Source: a virus
Length of the DNA: 64,000 bases
Reading direction: 5' to 3' (one strand)
Virus record (IMG/VR): IMGVR_UViG_3300045110_000277
Span: 22,080 to 86,079 of that record
The notes beneath the pieces are model-generated. The model did no database searches, was not told the DNA's origin, and saw only the letters and a program-made list of their open reading frames with translations. The first letter of the stretch is position 1. The number at the start of each line of letters is the position of its first letter. The translations under genes and the position numbers were made by a program. This document shows positions 47,503-57,555 of this stretch, piece by piece.

Positions 47503-48360
47503 CTAGCCAGCCAGCTGCTTGCGCTCGGTCCGCTCCAACGCGGCGCCTGCCATCAGCTCCTGGGCGGACGGGATGCTGTTGAGCAGGGTGAGCCCTTCGG
47601 GGCCGATCCCGGACATGAGCACGGTGCGCTGAGCGGACAGCCGCTGGCGCTCCAAGGTGAGCAGCGCCCGCTCCAGGTCAGCCTGGCACTCCCGGGCGAC
47701 CTCGTTCAGCGCCTCCTGCAACCCGACCACCTTCACGGTGACCGAGACGGCCAGCGAGGCGATGCCCAGCTCGACGCCAGCAGCGAGCGCGTCGCCGCGC
47801 ATCTTGGCCACGTCGGAGTTGATCCGCTCGGCGTACCGGGACCACTTGGTGGTCCACGTCTCGACCTGCTTGGTCTTGTCTGCCCACTCGGAGCGCACCG
47901 CGTCCTGCCGCTCGGTGAGCACCTCGCTGGCGAACTGCTTGATCTGGGCCTTGAGGCCGGCGAAGTCGTTGTTTACCAGCTGCTCCAGGCTCTTGCGCTC
48001 GCTGGCGGACAGCACCTTGCCGAGCGGGTTGCCCTCGCGCATCTGATCGAGCAGCGCCTGTTGGTCCTCGCTGGGCTCCAGGGTGACGTGCTGGTGCCGC
48101 ATGTAGCTGGTGACGTAGAGCTTCCCGTCGGGCGTGCGGGTTCCGGTGTCGAGCTGCGGCTGGGTGGCGGCTGCCTCGAAGTCACGGTTGTCGTGGTCGG
48201 CCGTGTGGTACTCGATCATCCGGTCCTTGTTCCACTTGCTGAGCTGCCACGGGTGGCCGTGGTACTGCTGGATGTGCGACCGCAGGTCCTTCGCGGTCAT
48301 CCCCTCCCACGGGGCCACCGGGTGCGGCGGCAGTGGCGTCTCGGTCACAGTCTCGGTCAC
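47503..48360 (-). CDS. Hypothetical coiled-coil protein
   Basis: GAGGAG RBS; codon bias. Confidence 0.75.
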   Translation of the reverse strand: MTETVTETPLPPHPVAPWEGMTAKDLRSHIQQYHGHPWQLSKWNKDRMIEYHTADHDNRDFEAAATQPQLDTGTRTPDGKLYVTSYMRHQHVTLEPSEDQQALLDQMREGNPLGKVLSASERKSLEQLVNNDFAGLKAQIKQFASEVLTERQDAVRSEWADKTKQVETWTTKWSRYAERINSDVAKMRGDALAAGVELGIASLAVSVTVKVVGLQEALNEVARECQADLERALLTLERQRLSAQRTVLMSGIGPEGLTLLNSIPSAQELMAGAALERTERKQLAG

Positions 48361-48887
48361 AGGTGCTCCTCGGGTGGGTCCTGGTAGGTGATCAGGTCCA
48401 TCGCCATCGCCAGTCGCAGCGGGGTGATGTCGGTGCCGTAGGCGTCGAAGTAGCCACGGCAGACGGCGCGGTCGCCGTCGAGCGTCGCGTGGCAGGTGAG
48501 CGCCGTGTCCTTGCTGTGGTTCTCATGCACCAGGTCTGCCAACCTGCCGGGCATGAGCTGCATCAGGTTGCCGGGTCGGAACACGCACGTCCTGCACCGG
48601 TCGGCGAGCACGTGGACGGTGCCCGAGTGGTAAGGGCCGCGGACCCTACTCATCGAACGGGAACAGCGGCGCGATGGAGATCTCGATGCCGGTCTCACCC
48701 TCGAACTCCTTCTGCAGGGTGGCCTGGCGGTGCAGCGCCTCCGGTGCCGTGGTCGGTCCATACGCGGTGCGGTGGGCCATGTCGGCCACGATGACCACGT
48801 ACGGCTGGTTCAGCTCCTCAGCGGCGGCCTGGGTCTCCAGGTCGGTGAGTAGCTGCCCGGCAGCCTCCAGTACCTCTCTGGGCACGC

Positions 48888-49952
48888 TCATGCGCTCATC
48901 GCCTCCTCGACCAGGGCCTGCGCCCTCTCGAAGCCCATGCCGGTCAGTTCCCGGCCCTTGCTGGTCACCTGCACCATGCCCTTCTGGATCAGCAGCTTCT
49001 CGGTGATCCTCAGCTGCTCCTCGTCCAGCAGGGCCCGCAGCGTGCCGATGCCCGCGTGGCCGCCGTAGCCGTACAGCCCGGTCAGGTAGCCCTGGGCCAG
49101 CTGGTCGAGCCCGTCGTCGGTGAGCCGGCCCCACTCCAGGGCCATCGACAGGTCGTAGCCCTCCGGGCCGAGCGACGGGCCGTCGGTCAGGGTGATGTTG
49201 CGGACGCTGATCAGCAGCATCCCCATCCGCCGCGGGTTGTTGTTGCAGGCCATGGCGATGCGGGTCAGCCAGTCCTGCTCCTCGGGTAGCGGCAGGCCGT
49301 CGGTGGTGCCGAAGCCGAGCCGCCTGGCGTGCGCCAGGGCGATCAGCGCGGCCTCCTCGTCGGTGTACGGGTCGAGCACCGGTCGCAGCACGAACCGGTC
49401 GAGGATGGTCTCGGGCAGCTTCTGCGCGTCGGTGGTGGCGCCGATGATCGTGATGCCGGGCGAGGTGACAACGCCCGTTGGCGTCACCAGTTCGCCGTCC
49501 TGCATCAGCTGGAGCAGCCACTCGCCGCGAGCCTTGCCGCGGTTGAAGATGCGGTGGATCTCGTCCAGGAACAGCACGTCGCCGCGTCGCATCGCGTGCA
49601 GCGCAGCCTTGACTTCCCGGTCACCGACGAGCCCGCCAAGCTCCACCATGCCGACTCCGAGCCGGTGTGCGGTGAGCTTGGCGAGTGTGGTCTTGCCGAT
49701 GCCGGGCGTACCGGACGAGAGCAGCATGTGGTCCATCACCGTGCCGGTCTTGCGTGCGGCGGTGATCGCGGTGAGGATCTGCAACCGCGCCGTCTCCTGG
49801 CCCACGAAGTCGGGGAAGGACTGCGGGTAAGGGCCGTCGCCGAATATTTCTGCGCCGACTTTGCGCTTGGGCCCTAGCCCCGCCTTACCGTTCGCCATGT
49901 CGCCACGGGCCAGCCGCCACGCGGCCATCTGCATCCCGGGGATGTACGTCAT
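48888..49952 (-). CDS. ruvB: RuvB-like Holliday junction branch migration ATPase
   Basis: PxSFxDFVGQE, DHMLL..GTPGIGKTTLA, GDVLFLDEIHR, TIIGATT, LDRF, C-terminal TxKGR. Confidence 0.85.
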   Translation of the reverse strand: MTYIPGMQMAAWRLARGDMANGKAGLGPKRKVGAEIFGDGPYPQSFPDFVGQETARLQILTAITAARKTGTVMDHMLLSSGTPGIGKTTLAKLTAHRLGVGMVELGGLVGDREVKAALHAMRRGDVLFLDEIHRIFNRGKARGEWLLQLMQDGELVTPTGVVTSPGITIIGATTDAQKLPETILDRFVLRPVLDPYTDEEAALIALAHARRLGFGTTDGLPLPEEQDWLTRIAMACNNNPRRMGMLLISVRNITLTDGPSLGPEGYDLSMALEWGRLTDDGLDQLAQGYLTGLYGYGGHAGIGTLRALLDEEQLRITEKLLIQKGMVQVTSKGRELTGMGFERAQALVEEAMSA

Positions 49953-50250
49953 TCGTCCTCACCTCCCAGCAGATCCGACACGTTGTCGGGGATCTCGATT
50001 GCGGACACGATGGTCTCTGCGGCCTCCTCGGACAGCCGGTGGTCCGGCTTTGGCATGATCGTGTTGTTCGGCGCATCACAGGTGAGCACCGCGTCGATGA
50101 TGCCTCTCAGCGACATTAGGTTGACCTTGACCAAGATGAGCGGGCAGTCGTCCAGGCACAGGTCGTAGACGGTGGTCACCGACGCCATCAGCTCGCTGAT
50201 AGCGACCTGGGACGCAGCGTCGATCTTCTCGAACGGAGTGCCGCCCTCAC

Positions 50251-50652
50251 TCACGGGCTCGCCTCCACTAGCTCGGCCCACGGGTCTTCGCCGTTTGGGC
50301 TGTTGTTCCATGAGCAGTTGTTGCACGACACCCACATCACGTCAGTCTGGGTGTCGGGCTGCTCATCGGCTGCGTGCTCGATGTAGGCGTGATCCATCTT
50401 CTTGTTGCGCCACACCTGGTCTACCGCCAGCGTGCTGGTGGAGCGCATGATCAGGTGCTCGCCGCTCTTGCAGACAGGGCAGGCCATGCGCGTGTACTCC
50501 GCCTCGAAGGCGGTCTGGTCGTCGATGTCGACCTCGCCACCCTGGGACAGCAGGTCGAGCATCACGCCCCGTGCGTCGTTCTGCATCTCCTCCTCGGTGG
50601 CGTCGTCCTCCACGTCCACGTTGATCGTCAGGGTCGCGTCGACCGACTTCAT
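50251..50652 (-). CDS. Hypothetical Zn-ribbon protein
   Basis: CPVC...CNNC. Confidence 0.65.
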   Translation of the reverse strand: MKSVDATLTINVDVEDDATEEEMQNDARGVMLDLLSQGGEVDIDDQTAFEAEYTRMACPVCKSGEHLIMRSTSTLAVDQVWRNKKMDHAYIEHAADEQPDTQTDVMWVSCNNCSWNNSPNGEDPWAELVEASP

Positions 50653-51206
50653 CGGGCGCCCTCCATGGCCATGTGCAGCACGTCCTCGACGAACTCCAGC
50701 TGACCGTCCGCCTTGAGAACGGACGTTCGCAGCGTCTCCAGCTGCTCCCGGAGGCCGTTGCGGACCTGGAACGCCTGCGCCTGCTCCTCCTGGGTGCCGT
50801 ACGCCAGCCGGCGCACCCGGTCCACCTCGCCGGAGAAGTCGAGGAACACGTTGGCGACGGCCTGCTCGCGGGTGACGCTGATCGGCTTGGCACCGGCGTT
50901 GATCCCGGCGCTCTCCAGCAGGTCACGGGCGAACGAGTCGATCTTCTGCTTGCCGTCCCCGGCCCGCTCCGAGTAGCCCTTGTGCCGCTTCTCGTACAGC
51001 TTCCGGTCGATGGCGGCCTGCGCCTCGATCTCGTTGCCGAACACGGCCACCTGGTTCTGGCCCTTGGAGCCGCGCCGTCCCCACTGGAACAGGACGCGCA
51101 CGTCGGTGCTCTCGTCGTCCTCGATCAGGTAGGCCCGGTAGAACTTGTCGCTGTTGACGCCGGGGTCCTGGTAGCTGACCTGCTCGACGGTGCCGTGGTA
51201 CGTCAT
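50649..51206 (-). CDS. WGR-domain protein
   Basis: NSDKFY...QWGRRGSKGQ...EKRHKGY. Confidence 0.85.
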   Translation of the reverse strand: MTYHGTVEQVSYQDPGVNSDKFYRAYLIEDDESTDVRVLFQWGRRGSKGQNQVAVFGNEIEAQAAIDRKLYEKRHKGYSERAGDGKQKIDSFARDLLESAGINAGAKPISVTREQAVANVFLDFSGEVDRVRRLAYGTQEEQAQAFQVRNGLREQLETLRTSVLKADGQLEFVEDVLHMAMEGAR

Positions 51207-51841
51207 GCGTCCCTCTCTCTCACGTCCTGGAAGGTGATCTCGTCCTCGATCATGTTCAGGGACTCGACCTCGTTCTCGTCCTTGGCGATGGCCTCACGGG
51301 CTGCTCGCCTGGCCGACGCCTCGTCCGGCCCCTCCACGTCGATGCGGATGGTGTCGACCTGCCGGCGGGTGCCGTAGACGGACCACCTGCGAACGACCGT
51401 TGGCGTCTCGACCAGCCCGGCCTCCCGCAGCTTCTCGATGCTCGCTGCGGGCTCCGCGTCGTGGTCGCCACCCCACCACCACTCGGCCACCTCGTGCTGC
51501 CAGCCGTCGGGCGTCAGCGTGATCGGGTAGCCGCAGCCGCAGAACGTGCGCGGGAAGGTGTCGGGGTCCGCCTCGGGCTCGGGCGTCACCCACGCCTCGG
51601 CCTCAGATGTCATAGCTCAGCAGCCCCCGTCCCTGCCAATACTCGTTGCGCACCAAGGCGGATGCCAGGGCGAGCTGGTCGGCCAGGTTCAGCAGCCGGC
51701 GGTTGACCTCGGCCGCTCCCGGCTTGCGCTCCAACGACTTGTCGTCGATGGTCGAGCCGTCCAGGCGCCGCGTCTCGTTCACGCAGTCGCCGAGGATCTC
51801 CTGGACGCGCTCCAGGTCGACGATCTCCTTCGTGCTGGCCA

Positions 51842-52849
51842 TCACGACTCCATCTGCTTGCGGAGGTCGGCTTCCAGCGACAGCAGGGCGTCGGACGCCA
51901 GCTCTGCTGCCCCAGCGGTCCGCTCCTGGGTGACCCGCAGCGTCCGGCCGTACTCGGTGGCCTTGCGCATCACGGTGTTGTACTGCTCCTTGAGCTTGCG
52001 GTGCATCTCCGGCGTGAGCGTCTTGCGGGTGCCCCGGACCTTCTGGATCGCGGCCACGACCTCGCCCAGCTCCTTAGCCGCCTCGGCCTGGAACGCCTCG
52101 ATGACCTCCTCGCGCATGGCCTTGAGCTCCGGCAGCGGGAACAGGGTCATCGAGCCGCCGTCGAGGCCACGAGCGAACTTCTGGAGTGCCTCCAGCTCCG
52201 TCGTGCGGGTGCTGTGGACGAAGTAGACGCCCGAGCGCATCATCACGCCGTTGAGGTAGCCCACGTAGTCCCGCAGGATGCCCCGGACCTTGTTGCCGTC
52301 CCAGGTGTCCCGGTAGAGCGGGAAGCACGTCTCGACCTCCTCCAGGGCCTTGAGCAGCTCCACGCGCTCGCCGGCTTCGATGGTCGCGCTGCCGGGGCCG
52401 AAGGGGACGAGGGACGTGCGCAGCCGGCTGGTGCCCTTCTGCACCTTGCCGCCACGGGTCACGTCCCGGTAGAACACCAGCTCGCCCACCTTGTCGTAGC
52501 CCAGCTCCTTCTGCTTGGCGTCCCGCACCTTGCGGGTGACCTGGCGCAGGACGGTCTCCTCGTCCCGGCTGACCTCGTGGATCAGCAGCTCCGCCTCCAG
52601 GTCGCCGGGCAGCGGGTACTTGCGCCCGTGAATCTCCTGGCTGGCCTTCTCGAAGGCGTTGATCGACTTGTTGTCCGGCGGCAGCACGGACGGGTTCAGG
52701 TTGAGCAGGTCGAACGACTGCTTCACGTGGTCCACGTCGTACGGCTTGTCTTCGACGCCGTACCACAGGATGTTGCCCAGCACGCAGTCGGCCGGGAGCG
52801 CCTGGGTGGTGTCGATGTACTTGCGCAGGTCGCTCTTGGGAGCGGTCAC
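51842..52849 (-). CDS. Conserved hypothetical protein (DUF6744-like)
   Basis: LGNILWY N-terminus and RSGVYFV motif; family recalled from memory. Confidence 0.55.
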   Translation of the reverse strand: MTAPKSDLRKYIDTTQALPADCVLGNILWYGVEDKPYDVDHVKQSFDLLNLNPSVLPPDNKSINAFEKASQEIHGRKYPLPGDLEAELLIHEVSRDEETVLRQVTRKVRDAKQKELGYDKVGELVFYRDVTRGGKVQKGTSRLRTSLVPFGPGSATIEAGERVELLKALEEVETCFPLYRDTWDGNKVRGILRDYVGYLNGVMMRSGVYFVHSTRTTELEALQKFARGLDGGSMTLFPLPELKAMREEVIEAFQAEAAKELGEVVAAIQKVRGTRKTLTPEMHRKLKEQYNTVMRKATEYGRTLRVTQERTAGAAELASDALLSLEADLRKQMES

Positions 52850-52880
52850 TCTCTCACCTCCGTTAGGTGAATCGTGTCCA

Positions 52881-52909
52881 AACGTACACGGACAGACGGT
52901 GGGTCACAA
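52881..52909 (-). promoter_or_regulatory. Candidate sigma70/HrdB-type promoter
   Basis: TTGTGA-N17-TACGTT upstream of 52849. Confidence 0.55.
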
Positions 52910-53298
52910 CAGGATCGGCGCCCGGACCCGGTGGGCGAGCTTGTTGCCGTGCCGGTCATTGCCGTCGGCGTCGACCGTGAACGTCAGCCCACCGACGGTG
53001 AGGGTCTGCTGGCCCCGGTAGCCGGGCGCCTCGACCACCTTGTCGATGACCTGCACTCCCATGGAGCCGACGACCCTGATCTCCATGCCCTCCTCCCACG
53101 GCGGCGTCTCCAGCGGCCTCGGCGTGTCCGCCTTGATCACCCACCATTGGGTGTCGGCGTAGTGCAGCTCGGCGTAGTTCGAGGCGTCCTCGGAGTCATC
53201 GAACGGCCCGGTGAAGTTCAGGCCGCCCTCCCCGTCCCGGTTGCTGAACGGGTCGCCGGTGACCAGCAGCCAGCACTCCGGGATGTCGTAGTCCCCGG

Positions 53299-53745
53299 TC
53301 ACGGCTGCGTCGCCAGCAGGGTCCAGGAGCACTCGCTGTTGACGCTCAGCTTCACCAGCCCGGCGCTGCCCTGCGTGGTGTCCTTGCCGGCCTTGCCCAG
53401 CTCATTGGCCAGGATGTTGAAGTTGTCGCCCTCGTCGGTGACGATGAAGTTGCCGGACCCGCCGAACGCCTTGCAGTTGTACGTGTAGTGCAGCGTCCAG
53501 TCGTCGGTCGCGGTGAACGACTTGAGGTTCTTGATCCCGTTGCCGTGGACCGACAGCAGGTTCACGATCTTGGTCGCCGGGACGATGGACGTGGCCGGGG
53601 TGCTGGCCTGGGTGCTGGCCGGCGTTGGTGCGTCGACCGGTGAACTGGCCGGGATCGGAGCGCCGGTTGGCGCCGAGGCGACCGTGCAGCCGGTGATGCC
53701 AACGAGCGTTGACACGACCACCGCTGCGAGCTTGAGCTTGTGCAT
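53299..53745 (-). CDS. Lipoprotein
   Basis: MHKLKLAAVVVSTLVGITGC lipobox; Pro/Thr linker. Confidence 0.8.
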   Translation of the reverse strand: MHKLKLAAVVVSTLVGITGCTVASAPTGAPIPASSPVDAPTPASTQASTPATSIVPATKIVNLLSVHGNGIKNLKSFTATDDWTLHYTYNCKAFGGSGNFIVTDEGDNFNILANELGKAGKDTTQGSAGLVKLSVNSECSWTLLATQP

Positions 53746-53758
53746 GAACCCTCCCGAG

Positions 53759-55357
53759 TTAGATGGTGCGGAACACGTCGGCCATGACCCGCGGGTCGCT
53801 GGCCAACTCTGTGATCTCCCGTACGTTGTCGCTGATCTGCTCCATCGCCCCGGAGTACGAGCACCCAATGGCGATTCCGTAACACTGGAGCGAGGTCTTG
53901 TCCTTGAGCCCGTTCCAGCGGTGCATGAACTCCTCGTCCATCGCCCCGTAGGCGTCATCGGACATGAACACGATGTCCGGCTTGGGCAGGTCCTGGTCGG
54001 CGTACTCCTGCACGATGTCGAGCGCCAGGGTGAGTGGCCTCTCGTAGTTGGTCCCGCCCCCCCAGAAGTGCTCGGTCATCTCCAACACCTGGGTGAGCAC
54101 GTTGGTGCCCTTCGGGAACCGGAGCGTGATCTGCTGGCCGCTGGACGAGAAGCCGATGTAGATGAAGTCCCGGTTGCGGTGCCGGGCCTGGTCGAGCATG
54201 GCCAGGGCGAGCGCCTTGGACCACGCCTCCCGGGTGCCACCGGCCACGTCTGGCGTGCCCATCGAGCCGGACTCATCGACCACGCAGATGATCGGGCCCT
54301 GGCCGAGCCGCTCGATGCCACGCACGTCGTACGTGAGCAGCTGCTGCTCCGTGTACCGCAGCCAGAACAGGGTCTCCAGCTCCGGGCTGGCCAGGTTCAG
54401 GTACTCGCCAGCGGTCAGCCGCTCCAGGTTGTCGGAGAAGGTGACGCCGTGGACCTCGGTCGCCGCGTTGATGACCCGCTTGCGGCTCTCCGCCTGCTGG
54501 ACCATCTTGAACTGGCCGAGCAGCTTGAGGAAGGACGCGAGCCGGTTGTTCTTGAGCCGCTGAGCCAGCTTGGCCCGCTCCTCGAACGGCATCTTCTTGA
54601 GCTCGCCGTCCTCCACGCCGAACGCTGAGGCCAGGGCCTGCTCCTCGTCGAGGTCTGCGGTGGTCTCCGCAGCCTTGGCCCGCAGGGCAGCCTTCATACC
54701 CGCTGCGGCCTGTGCTGCGCCGTCAGCGGTGGCCTGGGCCAGCTGCTGGAGCTTCTGCCTGTCCCCGGCGAACTGGTCGAGCTTGGCCTGTAGCTCACCC
54801 TGGGCCTTGGACGGCGGCCCGTTCGGGTCGGTCATCGGACCCATGCCGAGCAGGTCGATCAGGTCCTGGATCTCCTGGCCGAGCTGGTCGAGCGCGTCCT
54901 GGGCTGCCTGCTGCTCCCCAGCCGCCTCCTCGGTTAGCCGCTGCGCCTGACCCAGCGCCTCCTCGATCACGTCCTTCATCGAGATCATGGCCATGGCCGA
55001 GCCGTAGTTGTCGCCCTGGGCGTGCTGGCGCAGGGCCATGAACTCGGCCATGTCGCCGATCTCCACGATCACCGCGTTGAGCCCCTGGTGCGACGGCTTC
55101 ATCTCGTCGCTTGGGGTGATGTTGGGCACCGCCTTGAACAGCAGGCCGAACAGGTCCTGCATGAACTGAGCCACGTAGTCGTGCTTGCGGCCCATGTCGA
55201 CCTCGATGCGCTTGATCGCGGGCACGTTGTCCCGCAGCTCCTCGAAGTCGCGCAGGTCGAACCGGTCCATGGACACCGAGTCCTCGCGGACCGGGACCTT
55301 GACCTCGCCGATCAGGTCCTTGCCCTCGGCGATCAGCTTGGCCAGGAAGTCACTCAT
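53759..55357 (-). CDS. VWA-domain protein (ViaA-like)
   Basis: MIDAS DESGSM, GGGTNY, DIVFMSD. Confidence 0.88.
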   Translation of the reverse strand: MSDFLAKLIAEGKDLIGEVKVPVREDSVSMDRFDLRDFEELRDNVPAIKRIEVDMGRKHDYVAQFMQDLFGLLFKAVPNITPSDEMKPSHQGLNAVIVEIGDMAEFMALRQHAQGDNYGSAMAMISMKDVIEEALGQAQRLTEEAAGEQQAAQDALDQLGQEIQDLIDLLGMGPMTDPNGPPSKAQGELQAKLDQFAGDRQKLQQLAQATADGAAQAAAGMKAALRAKAAETTADLDEEQALASAFGVEDGELKKMPFEERAKLAQRLKNNRLASFLKLLGQFKMVQQAESRKRVINAATEVHGVTFSDNLERLTAGEYLNLASPELETLFWLRYTEQQLLTYDVRGIERLGQGPIICVVDESGSMGTPDVAGGTREAWSKALALAMLDQARHRNRDFIYIGFSSSGQQITLRFPKGTNVLTQVLEMTEHFWGGGTNYERPLTLALDIVQEYADQDLPKPDIVFMSDDAYGAMDEEFMHRWNGLKDKTSLQCYGIAIGCSYSGAMEQISDNVREITELASDPRVMADVFRTI

Positions 55358-55812
55358 CGTTGCTCACCTCCTCATCGTGTACCGGGCATGGGACGAGCGC
55401 GTCGCACAAGCAGTCCTCGTCCTTGTTGCAGGTGCAGGAGCCGTCGATCCAGTCGCCACCACAGTCGAGGCAGCAGGCTGCGTCCGGTCCGCTGTGGCCC
55501 GCCATGAGCGAGCAGATGGTGCCGGCCATGAAGTCCTGGCCGCACAGCACCCGGTTGCGGTAGTCCTCGTAGTGCATCGCCCCGCAGTTGTCGCCGACCT
55601 TGTGCTCGATGCCGTCCTCGCCGAAGTGCCGGTAGCCACGCATGGCCTGCAAACGCCCGTTGGCGTCCAGCCAGGCGTCCGCCTCAGCCTGCGAGCTGAA
55701 CGCCGGGATGCTCACGAGAGCACCTTGACCACGACGACGGCGGCGACAGCCCAGACGGCTGCGCAGCCCGCGAGGGTGGCGACCCAGACGAGCAAGCCCT
55801 TGGTGACGCGCT

Positions 55813-56310
55813 TCATGCGTCACCTGCCACGAGCCGCTCGAAGCAGTCGAACAGCCCGTTCTCATGCTCCTCGGGCACGCCCCAGCTGGCCTCGCCGGTG
55901 TCCTTGTCGATGGTGATCGACTCGGCACCACGATCCCGGCTGAACCAGGCCACCATGCGCACGTCGGCGTGCCGGTGACCCTCGCAGGTCTGTGTCACGC
56001 CGTCCTCGGTCAGAATCGCCTCGCCTGTCGCCTCCGGGTCCTCGATGATCCGGTGGACCTTGAAGGAGACGATCAGGCTGGCGGCCAGGTCGATCACGGC
56101 TCCGTACACGCGCTGGTAGTTGGCCACCCAGAACTGCGGCGACCGCTGACCGTCGGTCAGCACGTGCATCTCGATCACCTCGAAGTCGCTGTCCAGCAGG
56201 ACGACGACGGGCTCCATGTCGTCCCACGCCGTCCTGCTGTTCAGCTCCGCGACCTGCTCCAAAGCGATGCAGGCGCGCAGGTCGAGGTGCTCCGGCGCGC
56301 CCGGGATCAC
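55813..56310 (-). CDS. Hypothetical protein
   Basis: Coupled to the ATPase gene. Confidence 0.65.
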   Translation of the reverse strand: MIPGAPEHLDLRACIALEQVAELNSRTAWDDMEPVVVLLDSDFEVIEMHVLTDGQRSPQFWVANYQRVYGAVIDLAASLIVSFKVHRIIEDPEATGEAILTEDGVTQTCEGHRHADVRMVAWFSRDRGAESITIDKDTGEASWGVPEEHENGLFDCFERLVAGDA

Positions 56311-57506
56311 TTGAGGACCGACGGGTCCATGTCCAGCAGGTCCACGTACAGGGACCGCTTGACCGCCGCGAGCTTGTCGGCCACCTCATCGAGCTTGGTG
56401 GTGGAGCGACCGGCCGCGATCATCTCCTGCCGCTTCTGCTGCAGGTCGGTGAGGATCAGCTTGAGCTTGCCGTTGGCCTCGGTGCCGTACGCACCGCGCG
56501 CCTCCGACGACTGGCCCTTCACGTCGCGGATGCCACGGGCGATCTCCTCGATGTCGTCCAGGAGCGCCATGGCCGCCTCGGCTGCCGGGTTGGCCACCGA
56601 CAGCGTGGCCCGCTCGACCTGCTGCACCTGCACCGGGGTGTCCCACAGCGCGTAGCGCAGCACCTGGATGTCGTCCTCCTCCACCTGGTCGCGGCCCTGG
56701 AGGAACGCGCTGGCCTGGAGCAGGCTCATCGACTGCTTCCACCGCCTGTCCGACGGGACGATCTCCAGCGCGTGCAGGTTGTCGCGCAGCCGCAGGATGG
56801 CCTCCTGCACGTCCAGCGGGATGCCGATGCCGGGCACCACGTTGTCGATCACGTCGGCCAGGTCCTTGAAGTCCACCGTGGCCTCGCCGGGCACCGGGGA
56901 CAGGTCGCCCGTCAGCATCGCAGCGAAGTTGCCGGACTCCTGCAGGTAGTCGACGATCACCCGGACGAGCACCCGGTCGTACAGCGCCGCAGCGTCGTCG
57001 CCTTCGGGCAGCTCATTGGTGCCACCGATGCAGGAGTACAGCGGGCAGTCGATCCACGACCGACCACCGTTGACCTGGTGCAGCCTGCGCTCCAGCAGGA
57101 CCGAGAGCAGGTCGTGGCCCAGCGTCGGGCTCATCTTGAACCACTCGTCCAGCATGGCGAAGTTGACGCTGGGCAGGAAGCCCGCGTACTTGCGGTGCAG
57201 GTCGCCGTGGTCCCTCAGCTGCGGGATGTCGTACGGGCCGAGGATGGCCTCTGCCGGCCTGGTCTTGGACAGCAGCGCCTCGAAGTAGAGCGCGTCGATG
57301 AACCGGCGGAAGATCTCCCGGCACAGCGCCGACTTGGCGGTCCCGGGCGGGCCGAGCAGCGAGACGTGCTGCTTGGCCAGGACGCCGAGGATGATGGCGA
57401 CGATCACGTGGCGGCGCTCCAGGAACTTCGCGCTCACCTCGTCGATCATCGTGTTCAGCGTGACGGCCACCGGGTGAGCGGTGGACGGCAGGGTCTGTAC
57501 GGTCAT
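56307..57506 (-). CDS. MoxR/RavA-family AAA+ ATPase
   Basis: LLGPPGTAKS, LDEWFK, TNELPE, ALYDR, SDRRW. Confidence 0.92.
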   Translation of the reverse strand: MTVQTLPSTAHPVAVTLNTMIDEVSAKFLERRHVIVAIILGVLAKQHVSLLGPPGTAKSALCREIFRRFIDALYFEALLSKTRPAEAILGPYDIPQLRDHGDLHRKYAGFLPSVNFAMLDEWFKMSPTLGHDLLSVLLERRLHQVNGGRSWIDCPLYSCIGGTNELPEGDDAAALYDRVLVRVIVDYLQESGNFAAMLTGDLSPVPGEATVDFKDLADVIDNVVPGIGIPLDVQEAILRLRDNLHALEIVPSDRRWKQSMSLLQASAFLQGRDQVEEDDIQVLRYALWDTPVQVQQVERATLSVANPAAEAAMALLDDIEEIARGIRDVKGQSSEARGAYGTEANGKLKLILTDLQQKRQEMIAAGRSTTKLDEVADKLAAVKRSLYVDLLDMDPSVLK

Positions 57507-57555
57507 GCAAGCACCTCCGTTGAGTGCGGTGTTGATGCGAACGCCCGTTGGCGTC

